From positions 754,779 through 818,778 of the forward strand of contig OY781056.1 of assembly GCA_963676315.1 (NCBI GenBank): a stretch of 64,000 nt of DNA. Reading direction: 5' to 3'. Below the pieces are notes generated by a model. The model was given only the letters and a program-made list of their open reading frames with translations. It searched no databases and was not told where the DNA came from. A program made the translations under genes and the position numbers. The first letter of the stretch is position 1, and each line of letters starts with the position of its first letter. This document shows, in pieces, positions 58,624-64,000 of the stretch. Source of the DNA: an uncultured Fusibacter sp. (GTDB taxonomy: Bacteria; Bacillota; Clostridia; Peptostreptococcales; Acidaminobacteraceae).

Positions 58624-58737
58624 TCATTGAAACTGCATTGCTAAAACCTTATACATGTCTACACACTTATGGACTTAATTATCTTTCAATAGTTCCAACA
58701 CTGGTTTCATAAATTCATGATATTTTGGTATTGCCAC
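58624..58737 (-). pseudogene. mrr: 5' stub of an Mrr-type restriction endonuclease gene
   Basis: AGGAGG RBS + GTG: MAIPKYHEFMKPVLELLKDN*VHKCVDMYKVLAMQFQ*, matching the Mrr N-terminal domain start. Not in the ORF track. Confidence 0.75.
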
Positions 58738-58749
58738 TTGCTCACCTCC

Positions 58750-61700
58750 TTAATTACTCAACCTGCCATTAATCTGATCAATAACCCCAATGATACGCTT
58801 TGCCACATCGAGTTTGCCATCAAATAAGTGCATGACATTACCTCGCTTATTAAATGGATGTTCATTGAGCACTCATTTATCTAGACTTCCGTTTTTGATA
58901 ATATAGTTGATTACTAGCTTTACAAACTCCATCTGTTTCAGATTTAGACTTTCTTCAGATAAGAATTCTGAAAACACTTCATTGGCAGCATGCGGGTCTA
59001 GTCCGATGATTTTGCTTACCAGTTTGAGTTGTGGCTCGTCACCAAACTCTTTTTCATAATCTTCTCTTGTACCGATTTCTTGCCATAATATCTTTTCAAA
59101 ATACTTAATATCATCTTCTGTTAAAGACTTATATTTCTAAATTTATAAATTACCAAATCATTTTGATGCTCCATCAAATACTTGTTCACCTTTTTTTGGT
59201 AATTTTGAATATTATTCACAGAATATTCACCTTGATTGTCTACAGTTTGAATGATTACATCAACAAAATTAGTATAATAGATTTCACTTGACTTACTATC
59301 AAGGAATTTAATTAAGTCTCTCAATGCCACGCGGACTTCTTCATAGTCAAAAATATCTGCTTCTTCCCAGTACTCATTGGTCTGAACTTTATAGATTAAG
59401 TCTTCCTGCTGTTTTGCCTTTTCAATAGTACCTTTAGAAGAGAGTTTTTCAGCTGTATTTATCACTCTATTTTTAGGATTTGAAGCTGGGACACGCTTAA
59501 TATCAGCATATTCAATAGTATACATTAAATAATCAAACCGCTTAGCTAATTCATCATCATCGATGGCTGGTACAAGTTGGGCAACGTGTTCTTCCAGTTC
59601 TCTGACATCAGCATCGGACAAACTTTCAAAAACACTTTCCTGATTGAATTTATGAAGAAACTAAAGCTTCATTCTGGCATTAAATTTTGTTTCGTCAACT
59701 ACCTTAACTTCTTTTAATATCCCTTCAATCAGTGTGTTTGTATGGTCAATATACTCATCAGTCTGATAATCAAAGACTTGAAGTTCTTTAATAATCCCTA
59801 TACGGATATTGAAAAGATTTTCTGTCAGTGACTTCATCATCTTGTCTTCTTTACCGTTTTTGTTGGTTTTAAAAAACTCAAAATTCCCACAGTAATCAAA
59901 AATTCTAAAACCTTCTTTATCAATGCTTACACCATACAAATCTTCACAAAGACGTGTACCACGACCAATTATCTGCCAAAACTTAGTCTTGGATCGCACT
60001 TTCTTGAAGAATACAAGATTAAGAATATCAGGAATATCAATCCCTGAATCCAGCATATCTACAGATACTGCTATCTGGGGAAGTTTATTTTTTGATTCAA
60101 AATCTTCTATGGTCGTTTCAACATAATTGATTCCTGTATATATAGGCTTTGCAAAATTACCATAGTATTCTGGATATAAGCTATTAAAGCGTTTTACGAT
60201 GAAATCTGCATGTTTTTTATTCTTAGCAAAGATTATGGTTTTGCCTAGTTTATCGTCACCTTCTACTTTTAAACCCTTCTCCATCAGCTCCTGTAGTACT
60301 ATATCTATTATATTGTCATTATACAGAAATGAATTCAAAGCTTCGCCACTGATATCTTTCACATCATCGTCAAATGTTTCTTCAAACAATTCCTTTTCTA
60401 AGTCTGTCAAATCATCATAATGAATCCCTTTTTCTGGGAATTTCAACTTAGTTTCTATTGTGTGATAAGGCACTAAATATCCATCTTCAATGGCTTCTCC
60501 CAGCTCATAAGCATAAGTTGGTACATTGTTTTCAAGCTCAAAAATGTAATAGGTGTTTTTATCAAGATCATTTTTAGGTGTCGCTGTAAGCCCTAATAAA
60601 ATGGCATCAAAATAACTAAAAATATCCTGATACTTTTTATAGATACTTCGGTGACTCTCATCAATGATAATGAGGTCAAAATGACCTCTAGTAAATATCT
60701 TTTCACTGCGTTTGTTCGTAATATCATCAATAGCATTCATAATAGTTGGATAGGTTGAAAATACTATTCGACTCTCTGGATTATCTTTCCCGTCTAATAG
60801 ATTGCATAGTGACAATTCAGGCAAAAGCGCTTTAAAGTTTTTCTTAGCCTGTTTAACAAGAGCTGTCTGATCTGCAAGGAACAGGATATTTTTAACCCAT
60901 CCTTTGTTTATGAGCATATCAACAGTTGATATGGCAGTTCGTGTTTTGCCTGAACCTGTTGCCATTACAAGCAAAACTTTACGATTCCCTTTTTCTAAAG
61001 TATCACAAACCGATGTAATAGCCATTTTTTGATAATAACGATTTGTTATCTCCTCATTTATAATCGAATTCCTTAAAGAAAATTTATACGGCCTCTTGAA
61101 GTGAAGCCATTCTAAATCGTCTTTTGTAAAAATCCCAGATACAAGCCTCTCAGGGTACGATTTATCATCCCATAAATAATACTCAAATCCATTGGTATAG
61201 AATATAATCGGTCTAACATTATACTGTTTTTCTAAAACAATCTGCATAACGTTGTGCTTGTATTTGACCTACTCTTGGGTTCACACTGGTTTTCTTTGCT
61301 TCAATGATTGCTAGAGGCTTGCCATTATCACTAAACAGGACATAATCTACATAGCCAATTCCCGCCTGATTAGGCATACCTTCCACTTCAACTTCTTCAA
61401 GACAATCATTGCCAATCACCCATCCATTTAATTCTATTTCAAGATCAATATACATCTTGCGTGTCTTGAATTCAGAAATCTCATCTACCTTGAAATCGCG
61501 ATTTTTCTTATTATCAACACGCTTGGTTGCATTAACATGTCTTAGTTGTTCATTTTCTTTAATGATTTCTTCAAGTTTACGGTCTTTTGAACCCAGACGC
61601 TCATATAAGTCTTTTAGTTCATCTCTGGTTTTTCTTTCTTTTTCATTATCCCCAAGTAAGCTTTCATCAAAAGTTATCTCTTCATATTCATCAGAATAGC

Positions 61701-61890
61701 AATAATCAATCCAAGAAATAAACTCAAACAGATTACGAAGGACCAATACAGCCTGATCTCTTGAAATTGGCGTTGCTGAATGTACTGCTTTATTACCAAG
61801 CTTTTGAATGTAGGTAATCATGGGAAAAAGTTTGTTATCAATAATGCCATTAAAACGATAATCGTGTATTAAAGAAGCAAGGTTATCCTA
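58750..61890 (-). pseudogene. hsdR: Type I restriction enzyme R subunit (EcoAI/EcoEI-like), shattered
   Basis: YVDYVL...AIIEAKK nuclease motif, MATGSGKT, DESHRS, TATP, QIIGRGTR. At least five lesions (three in-frame stops, two frameshifts); 5' end missing. Confidence 0.92.
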
Positions 61891-62083
61891 GTTTTCAGGG
61901 CGTTTTTACATTATTTTTCATTTTGTCCAAAAGCAAACTGAAATCCAGTATTCACAGTGCTTTAGCGGTGTTTTGATTGCACTTTACAAAATAACCCATC
62001 CGCAATTTTTGAAGTTTCGCATCCCCTTTACACAGATGGGTTTCACGAGGTTTTTATTACTCAAGGGGTATCCCCCCTTATTT

Positions 62084-62160
62084 AATTGTGCGAAAACTCA
62101 TGCGAGAGGGGCGGACGGTCACCTGTGGCACTGTTTTGGAGATTTGCATCCCCCTAGGGG
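62084..62160 (-). other. GC-rich phage cos/packaging-region-like spacer
   Basis: G/C-run-rich segment immediately downstream of a terminase-type HNH gene; palindrome CCCCTAGGGG at 62151-62160. Confidence 0.35.
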
Positions 62161-62181
62161 GTCGCGCGTTACAATTCAAGA

Positions 62182-62535
62182 TTAAAATTTGTATTCTCGG
62201 TGTTAATCCTCATTTCTTGTCTTTCCGTCATGGCATCTCTTGCAAAGAGGTTGCCAGTTGCTTTCATCCCAGAAGAGTAGCTGGTCCCCTCGATGAGGAA
62301 TGATATGATCAACTACTATAGATTAAGTTAACATACCTTCAAACGCACAGCGTTTGCATAGAGGATTTGCTTTCAAGTATCGTTTGATTGCTTTCCTCCA
62401 ACGGCTATCATAGCCTCGCTTACTTGCACTTGGACTGTCATCAACGTGAAGTTTAACATGGAAATCGCAGTACGTGTCGTGGGTTAAGAGTGGACAGCCC
62501 AGATGCTTGCATGGCTTTTTCGGTTTCATTGGCAT
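62182..62535 (-). pseudogene. Phage terminase-associated HNH endonuclease, frameshifted
   Basis: MPMKPKKPC...RGYDSRW...NPLCKRC in one frame; VVDHIIPHRGD..LFWDESNWQPLCKRCHDGKT in another. Confidence 0.88.
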
Positions 62536-62718
62536 ATATATCATCTCCGTAGTTTTATAGAAATAGCAGGCAGTGACAGAAAGGAGTAATGCTCACTACC
62601 TGCAACTGTAAAAGGCATTAAGAAAGCCTCTAAAGGCTTCAACCTTTAAGGGCTAATATCTATGCTACTTCTACACTTTACATTATATCTTAGGTCGACT
62701 ATGCAAAACCAAGCAATG

Positions 62719-63162
62719 TTAAATACAGTTGTTTATTATTTTGTCAAATCTGTATACTTCCATTGCATCCTTTGCCTTTTGTGAGTAACAAATTTCCCAC
62801 TCTGGTAATGATTTTTGGTTAGGTTTTTTATAATTTTTTCCACTCAAAGGATATATATTTTTGGACCAGTCGGAAGCTGGTATCAAATATAACACTTTCT
62901 CCTTATCATTGTCTGGTAGGTATAAGATTGCCATGTAGAGAGATTGATCATTTAAATCAAACTTTGACTTCTCAATGAAAATATAACTTCCTATTATTGC
63001 AATCGACCTAACCTTGATTTTAAATGTTCTGCCTGACCTTGAAATTGCAAGAAAATTCACTTCACCAATTGGTTGAGGTGACTCTTCAATTGAATATCCC
63101 TTCTTAACAAGTTCGTTTTTAAACAATTCAATAGCATATTTATTTAATTGTCTCTTTTCCAT
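62719..63162 (-). CDS. Restriction-endonuclease-like (PD-(D/E)xK fold) protein with atypical catalytic residues
   Basis: EVNFLAISRSGRTFKIKVRS resembles vD...iQVK motifs; start reassigned to ATG 63162. Confidence 0.45.
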   Translation of the reverse strand: MEKRQLNKYAIELFKNELVKKGYSIEESPQPIGEVNFLAISRSGRTFKIKVRSIAIIGSYIFIEKSKFDLNDQSLYMAILYLPDNDKEKVLYLIPASDWSKNIYPLSGKNYKKPNQKSLPEWEICYSQKAKDAMEVYRFDKIINNCI

Positions 63163-63799
63163 GGCGACCCCCAAAGCAAATAACCTTAACATAATAAACC
63201 ATAAGTATTCATTTCCTTAACAGATTAGGAAGTTATATCACTCACTCAATTTGAGCCATTATCTTACATTTATTCATGGTTTATAAATTAATCAACATTT
63301 AACTTAATACTCCGTTCCACCATTTCGACACCATCACACAAAATTTTCACAATTATTATTAAAAAGGTTATAAGCGTTCTCCCCTAACCTAGAATAAGCT
63401 CTCATGACAATTTTTCAGTTGAATAATTATATATTTCGATATGTCGTATTTATTTGCGATTTCGTATGAAAAAGAACTCGATACTGAAATAACAATTAAC
63501 AGTTAATTAACAGATCTAATCGTCTCTAACTGCTTTTAAATCCGCATAATAGTTTATAATTAGTTGTTTCAAATTAGAAGCTAATTTGATCTTCTTGTTA
63601 AAGTTATAATACATTAGAAGGGCCGAACTAATGAAAACACAACACAATTAAGCAACTAGGTTATTCTATCCGCGTAAATGTATATTTCTGAGAAATAGTA
63701 CGACCCCCAGAAATAATAATTCCCCCAGAACATCGCTCTGAGGGAACATATTTAAAGTCCTTAAAAACACATGAAATTCGGGAATGCCTTTATATCAAG

Positions 63800-64000
63800 C
63801 TATTTGCGCTCTAGCAAAACAACGCACTCAACATGCTCCGTCCAAGGAAACATATCATACGCATGCATCTCATCAACTCTATACCCATTATTCACAAGAT
63901 ACTTAAGATCTCGTGCCAAAGACTCAGGCCCACATGATACATAAACAACGGTTTTAGGACCTAGCTTCACAAGTGAACTAAGGAATCGTTCATCACTACC
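63800..64000 (-). CDS. rlmD: 23S rRNA (uracil-5)-methyltransferase, 3' end
   Basis: Manual translation: VVYVSCGPESLARDLKYL...YDMFPWTEHVECVVLLERK*. Not in the ORF track. Confidence 0.92.
   Translation of the reverse strand, partial: GSDERFLSSLVKLGPKTVVYVSCGPESLARDLKYLVNNGYRVDEMHAYDMFPWTEHVECVVLLERK

Noticed and set aside
839-62303. Numerous short ORFs in the track that overlap longer genes (e.g. 940-1182, 1657-1890, 15676-15912, 39347-39601, 53841-54065, 61973-62185)
   Set aside because: They are antisense or alternate-frame shadows of well-supported genes, with no motifs or RBS support.
45400-63800. Duplicated rlmD 3' end (attL/attR) marking the island boundary
   Set aside because: No convincing second copy was found by eye; a computed local alignment is needed.

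Overview
This is a low-GC, Bacillota (Clostridia-like) chromosomal window, with nearly all genes on the minus strand. 1-20 kb: end of an FHA/FtsW cluster, a TetR + GT1 glycosyltransferase pair, an MFS transporter, two lipoproteins, a 10-gene Mrp/Mnh-type membrane complex preceded by a clear sigma-54 promoter and an adjacent GAF-PAS enhancer-binding protein, a WYL regulator with DJ-1/VOC genes, and an Ntn asparaginase. 20-35 kb: hipBA, a TetR/oxidoreductase/nitroreductase operon and a complete galacto-/lacto-N-biose (GH112) utilisation locus. 35-46 kb: a hybrid kinase, a MalT-like LuxR/DUF2442/SLH surface-protein module, a GNAT and a DUF1398-like gene. From about 46 kb to the 3' end of rlmD at the right edge lies a decaying accessory island: ABC permease remnants, an IS3 wreck, an mrr stub, a shattered type I hsdR and a phage HNH/cos remnant. 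Inside it is one fully intact, AT-rich, tightly linked four-gene operon (GHKL ATPase; 1,396-aa tandem-PRTase/kinase-like protein; receiver-like protein; DUF2971-like protein). This operon is the best candidate for an uncharacterised defence/conflict system. All family calls come from motif recognition by eye; no database searches were run. No rRNA, tRNA or CRISPR array was recognised.
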